Shown: one piece after another, positions 43,257-52,565 of the stretch
Layout: the number at the start of each line of letters is the position of its first letter
How positions within the stretch are numbered: position 1 is the stretch's first letter
DNA from: Thermodesulfovibrionales bacterium
GTDB lineage: Bacteria; Nitrospirota; Thermodesulfovibrionia; Thermodesulfovibrionales; SM23-35
DNA: 64,000 nucleotides
Assembly: GCA_963753165.1 (NCBI GenBank)
Contig: CAVWBP010000011.1
Coordinates: forward strand, 7,860 to 71,859
Direction: 5' to 3'
Program-made: the position numbers and the translations under genes
Notes under the pieces: generated by a model
Database searches by the model: none
Told to the model about the DNA's origin: nothing
What the model saw: the letters and a program-made list of their open reading frames with translations, nothing else

Positions 43257-44195
43257 TTAACCTAGCAACTAAACAGAGCAATAATATGGTAAAATACATG
43301 CATGGAAAAGATCGATGCACGGACACTAAGTCAGGATGCGCAGTATCAGATTCGGAGGCAGGTAGTGAAACTGCGTCAGCGGGGTATGCGATACACGGAG
43401 ATAGCCGAGGTGGTAGGGGTTGCTCCAACCCATGCTTGCAGAGTGTATAAGCGATATGAACGCGAGGGGATGCAGGGATTATCAAAGGGAAGGCGAGGTC
43501 GGCGGACTGGGCAGCAGAGGACGCTTGGCAAGGAGCAAGAAGCGGCGGTCCAAAAGACAATACAGGACAAGACTCCAGATCAGCTGAAGATGCCGTTTGC
43601 GCTGTGGACCCGTCAGGCTGTGCAGGAGTTGATTAAGCATCAACATGGCATAGAAATGCCAATCCGAACGGTTGGGGAATATCTAATGCGATGGGGATTT
43701 ACGCCGCAGAAGCCGATTCGCAAGGCATATGAGCAGAGGCCGGAGCAAGTGCAGAAATGGCTTCAGGCAGAGTATCCCGAGATAGCCAAGCGCGCAAAGG
43801 TGGAAGGAGCTGATATCAACTGGTGCGATGAGACGGGACTACGCAATGATGAAAATCGGTCTAAGGGGTATTCGCCCAAAGGGAAAACGCCGACCATCCG
43901 GCTCAATGCCAATCGGACGAGCATGAGTATGGTTTCAGCCATCAGCAATCAGGGCAAAGTGCGGTTCATGATATATAAAGAGGCCATGAATGCAGATCTA
44001 ATGATCAAGTTTATGAAGAGACTGATCAAAGACACCGGGCGAAAAGTGTTTCTGATAGTGGATAACCTAAAGACTCATCACAGCAAGGTTGTCAAAAAAT
44101 GGCTTCAGGAGCACACAGAACAGATTGAGGTTTTCTATTTGCCATCGTACTCGCCAGAATTGAACCCTGACGAATACCTGAACTGTGACATTAAA
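43257..44195 (+). mobile_element. IS630 family element, 3'-truncated (transposase ORF 43302-44231)
   Basis: HTH, LWTR, WGFTPQKP, DDE triad WCDETG / IVDNLKTH / LPSYSPELNPDE. Putative left end TA|TTAACCTAGCAAC. Similarity stops at NCDIK and no matching right end was seen. Confidence 0.9.
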
Positions 44196-44240
44196 AATTG
44201 CCGATGCGGTCTCTGCCGCATGCCGATGTAAGAAGGGCTG

Positions 44241-44269
44241 TTGAAACGAAAAAATGGCTCTGCTATAGC
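44241..44269 (+). promoter_or_regulatory. sigma70-like promoter for the large ncRNA
   Basis: TTGAAA (44241-44246), 17-bp spacer, extended -10 TGcTATAGC (44261-44269). Confidence 0.55.
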
Positions 44270-44275
44270 GTCTCG

Positions 44276-44842
44276 ACGGAATAGTCTATCGGGATGTTTA
44301 GATATTGACGTCAAGAATCTATCCGTTATCACAATAAACTGACGGTTACTAATCACAGTACATGATCTGATCTGTGTCGATAAGTATCGGACACATAAAC
44401 ACCTGTGAAGGTGAAATTCTGTAGATAAGAGCATATTAGACGCTTTCAATTGAACTTAATACAATGCATGTGCCTGGTTATTAGGTACGCAGGTAGAGGA
44501 TCAGGGTGAACGTATTCATCGCGGCTTTGTTCCGGAGCTGTCATTATTTCAGCTATAAAATTGTCTGACATCATACCGAAAATATTCATGGAGCGTCACA
44601 GTACCGAGACACTGCATAGTATTGGCAAAATATTGACTAAATGTGAAGTAAACATTAGGATCACTACACTAGAGAGCTTTGTCAGTACAGCTGAGGCTGG
44701 CATCATGTTCTCTTTCATAGCGGTAATAGTTGTGTGTAACACGAGTGTTGTATTTGCGAGAAAGGGTAAGAAGTCCAATTACTGGTTGAAATATGAAATT
44801 AGGCTTTACAAGAAACAAGGAGAGGGAAAGACCCCTCTCCTT
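44276..44842 (+). ncRNA. Large ornate structured RNA (~570 nt), ROOL-like
   Basis: No credible ORF; more than 12 helices found by eye. Long-range pairs include 44545-44555/44783-44793, 44360-44366/44702-44708, 44439-44445/44591-44597, 44565-44570/44680-44685 and 44283-44288/44800-44805. Non-canonical pairs are G-U on the + strand. Family name rests on size and recalled resemblance, not a search. Confidence 0.72.
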
Positions 44843-44845
44843 ATA
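44817..44845 (+). terminator. Terminal hairpin closing the ncRNA
   Basis: Perfect 10-bp stem AAGGAGAGGG / CCCTCTCCTT; weak U tail. Confidence 0.6.
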
Positions 44846-44943
44846 ACTCTGCTTGAGTCTGTTATGTTACTCCCTCACTGATACAAAACTCTATAAGAGA
44901 CTGCTAAGCCTCTGTGCCATTAAGGTTTTGGCCTCAGTCCAGC

Positions 44944-45291
44944 TTAACCCCAGAAAATCCCGGTGGGATCCTTATCAATCTCATTTAATATTACATCAAT
45001 ATCTTTTGAGGGCTCCAAACTTAAATATTTGTGCCACTTGCTATTTCTGTCAGCGCAATATAACGACCATTTACCAGTCTTTTCGTCATATCGTATTTGT
45101 GCAATTGAAAGAGAGGTCCATTCTTTCATATCTTCTCGCCATGGTGCTCTCTCTTCATGGATAGTGAGACTATTCCCTCTAAATTTATGTGTCAATTTCA
45201 ATTTGTTCCGGACATGAGGAGGAACACGATTATCACAAAACATTTTTATCTTCTGATCTGCGAGCTTTTTTGTGAAAATTGGCAAAGGCAT
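44944..45291 (-). CDS. DUF3024 domain protein
   Basis: RVPPHVR...IAQIRY...WSLYCADRNSKWH.Y...EIDKDPTGIFWG. Confidence 0.88.
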   Translation of the reverse strand: MPLPIFTKKLADQKIKMFCDNRVPPHVRNKLKLTHKFRGNSLTIHEERAPWREDMKEWTSLSIAQIRYDEKTGKWSLYCADRNSKWHKYLSLEPSKDIDVILNEIDKDPTGIFWG

Positions 45292-45451
45292 TTTTACCCC
45301 CTATAAATTCCAGTTATACTTAGCACAATTATATCAAGTATCAAAGGTGACTGATACGGGAAGGAACAACCCGATGTAATAATCTCGGTGAACGTTGGTT
45401 GGTTTGTATGGAGCCTTATCCGTCCATTCACATTCTTTTCCCAATTTCCTC

Positions 45452-45481
45452 TTGACATGATAATGGGCATATGCTCATAAT
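45452..45481 (+). promoter_or_regulatory. Promoter with overlapping palindromic operator
   Basis: TTGACA (45452-45457) and CATAAT (45476-45481); palindrome ATGGGCATATGCTCAT at 45463-45478. Confidence 0.7.
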
Positions 45482-45494
45482 AGAACTACCGATT

Positions 45495-45971
45495 ATGCCA
45501 AGGCCGAAATGCGAGAGAAAAGTATGCGGGAAGCCCGGGAGCGATTATTTTAAGCCAAGGGGCATACCATTGTTCAACCTTGAAGAGGTCGTCCTGACCC
45601 CGGACGAGATGGAAGCCATCCGGCTTGCCGACCTCGAAGGGATGTACCAGGAACACGCGGCAGAAAATATGGGCATCTCCCGCCAGACTTTTGGAAGGAT
45701 CATCGAGTCTGCACACAAGAAAGTGGCCGAAGCGCTGATTAAGGGCAAAGCCCTGAGAATAGAGGGAGGGAACATTCAGACAACGGACACGAGGACATTC
45801 GCCTGTCTTGCCTGCAGGTATACATGGAAGACTGCATGTGGCACCGGGAGTCCGTCAGGATGTCCGTCCTGTAAGAGCCGCAGCATTGAGAGATCAGACG
45901 ATGAGCAAGACAATGGGAAAACGGAGAAGCGTGGTCGCAGGAAGGCTTGTCTCACGCGAAAAAACACTTAA
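45495..45971 (+). CDS. DUF134 HTH regulator with C-terminal zinc ribbon
   Basis: MPRPK..R...FKPRG...EAIRLAD...MGISRQTF...IEGG, then CxxC...CPSC. Confidence 0.9.
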   Translation: MPRPKCERKVCGKPGSDYFKPRGIPLFNLEEVVLTPDEMEAIRLADLEGMYQEHAAENMGISRQTFGRIIESAHKKVAEALIKGKALRIEGGNIQTTDTRTFACLACRYTWKTACGTGSPSGCPSCKSRSIERSDDEQDNGKTEKRGRRKACLTRKNT

Positions 45972-45998
45972 CTATTTCAGAACGGAGGTCGATAAGGT

Positions 45999-46367
45999 AT
46001 GGAAAAGAAGAAGATAGCTATCATCGCCTGCAGGAACATTAAAGGGATCAGCTGTGTCGGGGGCTGTCTGAAATGTTTCAAGGGAATTGCGGAGAAGGCG
46101 GGAGAGTACGAGCGCTGGAAGGATTACGAGATAGAGGTCATCGGTATGGACGACTGCGGGGGCTGCCCCGGAGTAATCATGCCGAAGATCGCCCTTATGG
46201 CGGATATGGGGAAATTGTACGACAGGGATTTCGACGCGGTCCATCTGGGCACCTGTGTAATGAAAGCCACTCAGACAGCGAACTGCCCGATAGATATTGA
46301 AGCCCTGAAGACAAAGGTCCTGAAAGTATTCAACAAAGAAGTAATTTTCGGAACACATCCGTATTAG
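45999..46367 (+). CDS. CGGC domain protein
   Basis: IAIIAC, CLKC, CGGCPG, HLGTC, CP, GTH. Confidence 0.9.
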   Translation: MEKKKIAIIACRNIKGISCVGGCLKCFKGIAEKAGEYERWKDYEIEVIGMDDCGGCPGVIMPKIALMADMGKLYDRDFDAVHLGTCVMKATQTANCPIDIEALKTKVLKVFNKEVIFGTHPY

Positions 46368-46396
46368 CAAGGCTATTCATGGATTTTTAAATGAAT

Positions 46397-46512
46397 ATGG
46401 TGGAAAGAGTATTTTCGCTCATTCTCGGTCCGCTTCAGCGGACCTCCGAGGGAAATTCTGTCTCGATATTTCTCATCAGAATTTAAATCCGCGATAATAC
46501 TCTATCCACCAT
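46397..46512. repeat. ~116-bp element with 22-bp imperfect terminal inverted repeats
   Basis: ATGGTGGAAAGAGTATTTTCGC ... GCGATAATACTCTATCCACCAT, with internal hairpin GGTCCGCT-TC-AGCGGACC. Confidence 0.65.
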
Positions 46513-46565
46513 GAGTGATATTAACCATAGAGATTCGGAAGTTTAATGAAAAGGAGGAATGAAAA

Positions 46566-46946
46566 ATGAAGATCTGTTTTCCGGTAGCAGCCCCGAAAGG
46601 GTTAGAGAGCGAAGTATACGGACATTTCGGTTCCGCGCCCGCGTTTATTGTGGTCGAGACCGATACGAATGCGGTGAGGTCAATCCAGAATAAGGACGAA
46701 CATCATGAGCACGGCGCCTGCAATCCTGTGAAAGCGCTGAACAATGAGAAGGTCGATGCAATTGTCGTCGGCGGGATAGGGATGGGCGCCCTTATGAAGT
46801 TACAGCAGTCCGGAATAAAGGTGTTCCAGGCCAAGGCACAGACGGTGGGTGAAAACGTAACCCTGCTCAAGGACCAGAAGCTGCCTGAGTTTAACCCACA
46901 GTTCACCTGTGCCGGGCATGGACATGGCGGTGGATGCGGCCACTGA
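46566..46946 (+). CDS. NifB/NifX family protein
   Basis: MKICFP, HFGSAPAF, GGIG.GA, His/Cys-rich tail. Confidence 0.88.
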   Translation: MKICFPVAAPKGLESEVYGHFGSAPAFIVVETDTNAVRSIQNKDEHHEHGACNPVKALNNEKVDAIVVGGIGMGALMKLQQSGIKVFQAKAQTVGENVTLLKDQKLPEFNPQFTCAGHGHGGGCGH

Positions 46947-47247
46947 GAGAGCATGTCAGAAAAAATACTTTGAGGAAGGGATATGTCTCAATTTCCAAAG
47001 CAAAATAAACTCCCTCTGAGAAAGAACATAAGTTTCTCCGATTATAATGTTCTCGTGCAATTGAGAACCGAGGCTTCCGCTTCGTCTTCAGCCTCATCGA
47101 GATTACCCGTGATTTTGCTTCAGAAATTGAGCCATATCTCCTCCGTTTCGCAGTACATAAAAATTATGGTATTCTTTAGCCGGGAATTGCGTGCAGGATT
47201 GTTCCCGTGCAGTGTATTCATTGCTCCAGGAAAGGGACAGACGCAGG

Positions 47248-48507
47248 ATGCTGACTGACGATTGGGACTGGGATATCCGGGACCGTGTGATAACCGATAT
47301 CGACGAATGGAAGAGAAGATATCCTATCGTCCAGGAATGCAGTGTGAGCGATGATGGTGAACGGATAGCCGCCATTGTTGAAACCGCGCCCCAGAAAGCA
47401 ACTGTATGTATCAACGGCAATCCCTGGCAAGCGGAGTATGAAAAAATCTGGTCGTTGAAGTTCAGCCCGGACAGCCGTGCGGTGTGTTCAGTATTGCGGA
47501 ACTACGAGTGGACCCTTGCGGTGGATAATGTCCTGTGGGAAGAGCCCTATGATTTTATATGGAACATCACGATCAGTCCTGACGGCAAAAACATGGCGGC
47601 AACTGTGAAGAAAGAGAACGCGCACACTGTTGCGCAGAACGGAAGGATATGGGGGATTTCATTCCCTGAAGCGAGGGACCTTGCGATGAGCCCTGACGGG
47701 AAGCGGGTGGCAACACGCGTGAAAACCAGGCGGCTTGCATCGCTCGACATTTTTGGCTTTGCGGAGAATATCCTTACCGTTGCAGCTGACGAGAAAGCGT
47801 GGGACAGGAATTTTTTGAGCATATGGGGCATTGCCTTCAGCTCCGACAGCAGCAGGGTTGCAGCCGGGGTAAGACTGGACAAGACAGTGTTCACCATCGC
47901 GGTTGACGGGAAACCCTGGGATGCGACTTTCGGCGGAATCTGGGAGCCGGTGTTTCATCCGCGCACACATGATGTTGCAGCGCCGGTAAAGACGCCGCGC
48001 GGGTGGACGCTTGCGATGAATGGAAAGACTGTTTGGGACCGCTGTTTTACCCAGGTCTGGCATCAGAGATACAGCACCGATGGAGAGAAAATTGCTGCCG
48101 TGGTTGCCCCCGAGTTCGGCAAGTGGACTGTAGCAGTCGATGGTTCACCATGGACAAGAACATTCAGTGACGCGGTCCTGCATCCGGCATTCAGTCCTGA
48201 CCATAAGAGGGTCGCTGCCCTTGTGAAGGAGAAGAACAGATGGACTGTTGCTGTTGACGGTGCTCCCTGGCCGGTGGATTTTGACATGATATGGGAACCG
48301 GTGTTCAGTCCTGACGGCAATCATATCGCGGTGAAAGCAGAGAGAAACGGCGCATATAGTATAGTGATGGATGGAAAGCCCGGGAAGAATACGTATGAAG
48401 CCCTCTGGAATCCCATATTCAGCCCTGACGGAGAAAAACTGCTGATACGGTGCATAGAGGACGGGAAATACTGCCGGAAGGTGGCAAAGGTAAATGATAT
48501 TACATGA
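47248..48507 (+). CDS. tmcD: TmcD-like tryptophan-rich beta-propeller protein
   Basis: WDWD N-terminus, repeated WTVAVDG.PW...FSPDG units; heads the redox operon. Confidence 0.75.
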   Translation: MLTDDWDWDIRDRVITDIDEWKRRYPIVQECSVSDDGERIAAIVETAPQKATVCINGNPWQAEYEKIWSLKFSPDSRAVCSVLRNYEWTLAVDNVLWEEPYDFIWNITISPDGKNMAATVKKENAHTVAQNGRIWGISFPEARDLAMSPDGKRVATRVKTRRLASLDIFGFAENILTVAADEKAWDRNFLSIWGIAFSSDSSRVAAGVRLDKTVFTIAVDGKPWDATFGGIWEPVFHPRTHDVAAPVKTPRGWTLAMNGKTVWDRCFTQVWHQRYSTDGEKIAAVVAPEFGKWTVAVDGSPWTRTFSDAVLHPAFSPDHKRVAALVKEKNRWTVAVDGAPWPVDFDMIWEPVFSPDGNHIAVKAERNGAYSIVMDGKPGKNTYEALWNPIFSPDGEKLLIRCIEDGKYCRKVAKVNDIT

Positions 48508-48520
48508 ATCAATGTGAGAC

Positions 48521-49207
48521 ATGAATACTCTCTATGAATTTCTGACAAGCCCGGCGGCATATCAATTTATTCGCGGACCTCTTGTCTGGCTGTCATTTGT
48601 GATATTCATCGGCGGAAATCTCTATAAATTCCTGTCAATGCTTTCTCTCGCCAAAAAGGACAAGGTCGTCTTTCCCTACATCAACCTGAAGTACAGCCTC
48701 AGGTCGATTCTCCATTGGGTCATACCTTTTGCAAGCACGAACTGGCGGAAACGTCCGGGGATGACGGTCATCACTTTCCTCTTCCATACCTGCCTTCTTG
48801 TTACCCCGGTCTTTCTTATCGCTCATAACGCACTGATCAAGGAATCCTGGAACTTCAGGTTATGGACTATTCCTGAGACGATAGCAGATGTCATGACGGT
48901 GGTTGTTATCCTCTGCGCTCTTATCTTTCTCATACGCAGGCTCGTTGTTCCGGAGGTGATATTTGTCACCTTCGGGTCCGATTACCTAATTCTCGCGCTC
49001 GCGGTGCTGCCGTTCCTTACAGGATTTTTTGCGTACCATCAGATTATGCTTGAGTATGAATTGATGCTCACACTCCACATACTTGCCGGAGAACTCATGT
49101 TGATTGCAATACCCTTTACAAGACTGAACCACATGATGTATTTCTGGTTCACAAGGGCCTATACCGGATCGGAATTCGGCGCAGTCCGCCATACGAGGGA
49201 TTATTAA
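48521..49207 (+). CDS. hmcE: HmcE/TmcC-type membrane cytochrome b (NarI-like)
   Basis: GPLVW, FLFHTCL, AHN, TGFFAYH, LHILAGE...IPFTRLNH. Confidence 0.8.
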   Translation: MNTLYEFLTSPAAYQFIRGPLVWLSFVIFIGGNLYKFLSMLSLAKKDKVVFPYINLKYSLRSILHWVIPFASTNWRKRPGMTVITFLFHTCLLVTPVFLIAHNALIKESWNFRLWTIPETIADVMTVVVILCALIFLIRRLVVPEVIFVTFGSDYLILALAVLPFLTGFFAYHQIMLEYELMLTLHILAGELMLIAIPFTRLNHMMYFWFTRAYTGSEFGAVRHTRDY

Positions 49208-49238
49208 ATGTTCTGGAAAAATATCCGGAGGTGATCTA

Positions 49239-50601
49239 TTGATCAAGGTTGAACGAAGGCCGGTCTCAGACCCCGGCATAGACGAGACAGCGAAGAAGCT
49301 GACGCCGGAACAGATAGAGGGTGTCATAAGGCATGTCCTTGAAAAGGAGTCTGCCGGAAGGCTGAAGACATTTGTCGAGACCTGTATTCATTGCGGGCTC
49401 TGTTCAGAGGCCTGTCATTATTACCTTGCCTATAAACGTGATCCGAGTTATTCCCCTGTCGCAAAAGTCCGCCAGACGCTCTGGGACATGATCCGCAGGA
49501 AATATAAGGTTGATGCAGAGTCCATAAAAATGTATGCGCGGATATCCTATGCGGAATGCAATATCTGCAAGCGGTGCAGCATGTACTGTCCTTTCGGTAT
49601 CGACATGGCATATCTGATGACGGTGGTGCGCAGGATCTGCGGTCTTCTCGGAGTAGTTCCCCAGTATCTCCAGGACCAGGGCAACAGTCATATGTATACC
49701 TATTCTCAGTCCTGGGTTCCGCAGGACGACTGGGTGGACACTGCCCTCTGGCTTGAAGATGAACTGCAGGATGGACATACGGAACGGCCGGATCCCGTTT
49801 GACAAGGAAGGCGCAGAGGTCATGTATTCACCGCACAGTCTGGAGGCGAAATTCAAGACAAACCTTCTCACGAACATCGCGAAGATCATGAATGTCGCAG
49901 GGGTTGACTGGACCATGCCTTCTTTTGACGGCTGGGACAGCACCAACCAGGCAATGCATGTCGGTGACTATGAGACCATGGGCATGGTCGAGCGGATGCA
50001 TTTTGAAGCCGCGATGCGGTTGAAGGTAAAGAAGATCATGACGAGTGAGTGAGGGCATTCATTCAGAGCCGCCGTGTATGACGGCTCCCGGTGGTTAGGG
50101 TGGAAAGAACCGCCCATAACCTATCTCCAGCCGACACAGTTCTTTTATGAATTGATCAGGGACGGAAAACTGAAGATAGCCAGAAAGATAGAGGGTCCCG
50201 TTACCGTGCAGGACCCCTGCAGTATTGTAAGGAACAGAGGAATGGGGGAGATGATCAGGTACATCGTCAGGGCGACCTGTGAGGAATTCAGAGAGGTGAC
50301 ACCGAAGCTTGAACACAATTACTGCTGCACCGCCGGTTCCGGGGTAATCAATTATGGCCCTCCGTGGAAGTTCATCAGGATGGAAGGCGGCAAGGTGAAG
50401 ATGAGGCAGCTCCAGGCCACAGGCGCAAAGATTGTGATCGCCCCCTGCCACAGCTGTCATAAAACGATTGAGGAGTTGATCCATTATTATCACGCAGACA
50501 TGCATGTCATGTTCATCAGTGAATTGCTGGTTCAGACCATGGAGATCCCGGAAGCATTGAGAGTGCACGAGAAAAAGCAGGAGAAACAGAAAGAGGAATG
50601 A
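49239..50601 (+). CDS. hmcF: HmcF/TmcB-type HdrD-like Fe-S protein; frameshift near 49770 and in-frame TGA (probable Sec) at 50050-50052
   Basis: CIHCGLCSEAC, CNICKRCSMYCP, SE-TGA-GH, QDPC, NYCC, PCHSC. Confidence 0.8.
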
Positions 50602-52208
50602 AGAAGGGTATCGGCATAGCGATTCTTGTGGCAGCACTGTTTCTTGCCATAATGATGCATTTGTCCAGAGATTTGTATTCCGGGGAAGAACTGAAGACGA
50701 AAGAAGGCATAACCGACAACAAACTCGTCATTGCCCATACCGAGATATTTGGCAGGCTGGAACGAGCGCCGGTAGTGTTCGATCATAAAATTCATACAGA
50801 AAAATACAAAAAAGAGGGGTGCAAGGTCTGCCATCCTCAGAACGAAGAAGGCGATTTTCTTTTTGATTTTCCGTTCAAAAAAACAACAAATCAGAAAGAA
50901 CCTGTCATGGATGCATATCATACACAGTGCATCGGCTGCCATACACAACTGATCGGGAAGAAAGTGAAAGCGGGACCTGTGCAATGCGGAAGCTGCCATA
51001 AAAAAGAATTCGCATCGGGTCTGATGCGGTATCCGCACAGTGAATTCGATTTTATAACCCATGAGAAACATGTCAAAAAACTCGATAAGGATTGCAGTCA
51101 CTGCCATCATATCTATGACGTGGAAGAAGAGGTTGAGGAACTCCGTCTTGTCTATGAGAAAGGCACAGAGGAATCCTGTTATTCCTGCCACGATCTTGCA
51201 AAGAAAAGAGGGCCTGAATTAGCACGCATCACCGGAGTTGCCAGAGAAAAGGGCCTGTCGATGAGGAAAATCAGCCATGCGCAGTGTGTAAACTGTCATC
51301 TGGACTTTGCAGGCAAAGGTGAGCAGGCAGGACCGGTTGTATGTTCAGAATGCCATACCGGAAAATACAGGACGGCAGCCGAACTTGCAAAGGCGCCGAG
51401 ACCCGACCGGGATCAGCCGGAAAGGCCTTTTCTCTTTCTTGATGATGCGCAGATGAAGGGTGTGCCTTTTGATCATACCGCGCATGAAAAAAATGCGAAG
51501 ACCTGCAGATCCTGCCATCATGAAACACTCAAGGCATGCAGGAAGTGCCATGGATTGACAGGGAGTCCGGAGGGCAGGGGCATAAACATCGCGGGAGCCT
51601 ATCATGATGTTTTTTCGCAATCCGGATGCTCAGGGTGTCATGCAATTAAAAAATCTGAAAAGGACTGCGCAGGATGTCATCACCATCTGCTTGGTATGGA
51701 CGTGCAGGCGAAAGGTCCGAAAAAGGAGTTTTGCGCTGTCTGCCACAGCGGCAGGAAGGAGAGGAAGTCATCGGTCCGCCAGATTTCGTTTGCGGAACTC
51801 TCAACCCGGAAAGTCCCTGAAAAAGTGACGATCAAAGTCCTCGAAAAGGAATTCGAGCCTGCGATATTCCCCCACCGGGATATTGTAAAAAAATTAATCG
51901 GGATATCGAACAAATCTGAAATGGCGGCCTATTTCCACAGGGACATCGGAACAATCTGCAAGGGCTGTCACCATGAGAGCGATCCACGGGCAGAAGTGAA
52001 AGCAGACAATCCGCCCCACTGCAGACGATGCCATGCCCTCACCTTCGATTCGCAGAATTTGAACAAACCCCGGCTTCTTGCAGCGTATCACCGCCAGTGC
52101 ATCGGATGCCATGACATGATGGGGATTACGAAAACAAAGGAATGCAGGGACTGTCATAAAGAAAAGAAGGGGAACACCGTGCGGTACTTTCAGGAGGACC
52201 GGTCATGA
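50598..52208 (+). CDS. hmcA: High-molecular-mass 16-heme cytochrome c
   Basis: N-terminal hydrophobic segment; 16 CxxCH motifs counted; cytochrome c3-type V.FDH..H repeats. Confidence 0.9.
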   Translation: MKKGIGIAILVAALFLAIMMHLSRDLYSGEELKTKEGITDNKLVIAHTEIFGRLERAPVVFDHKIHTEKYKKEGCKVCHPQNEEGDFLFDFPFKKTTNQKEPVMDAYHTQCIGCHTQLIGKKVKAGPVQCGSCHKKEFASGLMRYPHSEFDFITHEKHVKKLDKDCSHCHHIYDVEEEVEELRLVYEKGTEESCYSCHDLAKKRGPELARITGVAREKGLSMRKISHAQCVNCHLDFAGKGEQAGPVVCSECHTGKYRTAAELAKAPRPDRDQPERPFLFLDDAQMKGVPFDHTAHEKNAKTCRSCHHETLKACRKCHGLTGSPEGRGINIAGAYHDVFSQSGCSGCHAIKKSEKDCAGCHHHLLGMDVQAKGPKKEFCAVCHSGRKERKSSVRQISFAELSTRKVPEKVTIKVLEKEFEPAIFPHRDIVKKLIGISNKSEMAAYFHRDIGTICKGCHHESDPRAEVKADNPPHCRRCHALTFDSQNLNKPRLLAAYHRQCIGCHDMMGITKTKECRDCHKEKKGNTVRYFQEDRS

Positions 52209-52279
52209 TGGGAAGACCGGAAACCGGACGATATGCTATGGCAATTATAACAGCCTCATAATGATAAACATGAAAATTA

Positions 52280-52365
52280 CCCCCTCACCCTTACCCTCTC
52301 GCGCCAGGGGAGAGGGGATTATAGTTGGTTCCTCCCCCTTGAGGGGGGAGGGTTGGGAGAGGGTG
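52280..52365. repeat. REP-like palindromic cluster inside the hmc operon
   Basis: CCCTCACCCTTACCCTCTC...GAGAGGG, CCTCCCCCT-TG-AGGGGGGAGG, GAGAGGGTGA. Confidence 0.7.
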
Positions 52366-52420
52366 AAATATAAATACTATTTTGAGACCGTTAATACGTA
52401 TGTTCGGGAAAGGACAGAAC

Positions 52421-52546
52421 ATGTATATCCTTGAACAGCTTTTCACGGCGAAAGGGTATGAGTACATCGTGGCTGTGCTTGCCATATTCGTATTCATTGC
52501 GTTCTATAAGTTTCTGAACAGAGGGGATGCAGACGAAGAGGAATAG
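52421..52546 (+). CDS. hmcD: HmcD-like 41-aa membrane peptide
   Basis: MYILEQLFTAKGYEYIVAVLAIFVFIAFYKFLNRGDADEEE, translated by hand; RBS GAAAGGA; single TM helix. Confidence 0.75.
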   Translation: MYILEQLFTAKGYEYIVAVLAIFVFIAFYKFLNRGDADEEE

Positions 52547-52565
52547 GAAAGGGAACATACTGGGA

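Noticed and set aside
44561..44881. 106-aa TTG-start ORF, plus 44135-44449 and 44596-44778 on the minus strand
   Set aside because: No RBS or recognisable motif; the region is better explained by RNA pairings.
44195..44940. Group I/II intron or IStron inside the IS630 transposase
   Set aside because: No GTGCG start, domain V or group I core recognised; the transposase does not resume downstream; the segment has its own promoter-like and terminal hairpin signals.
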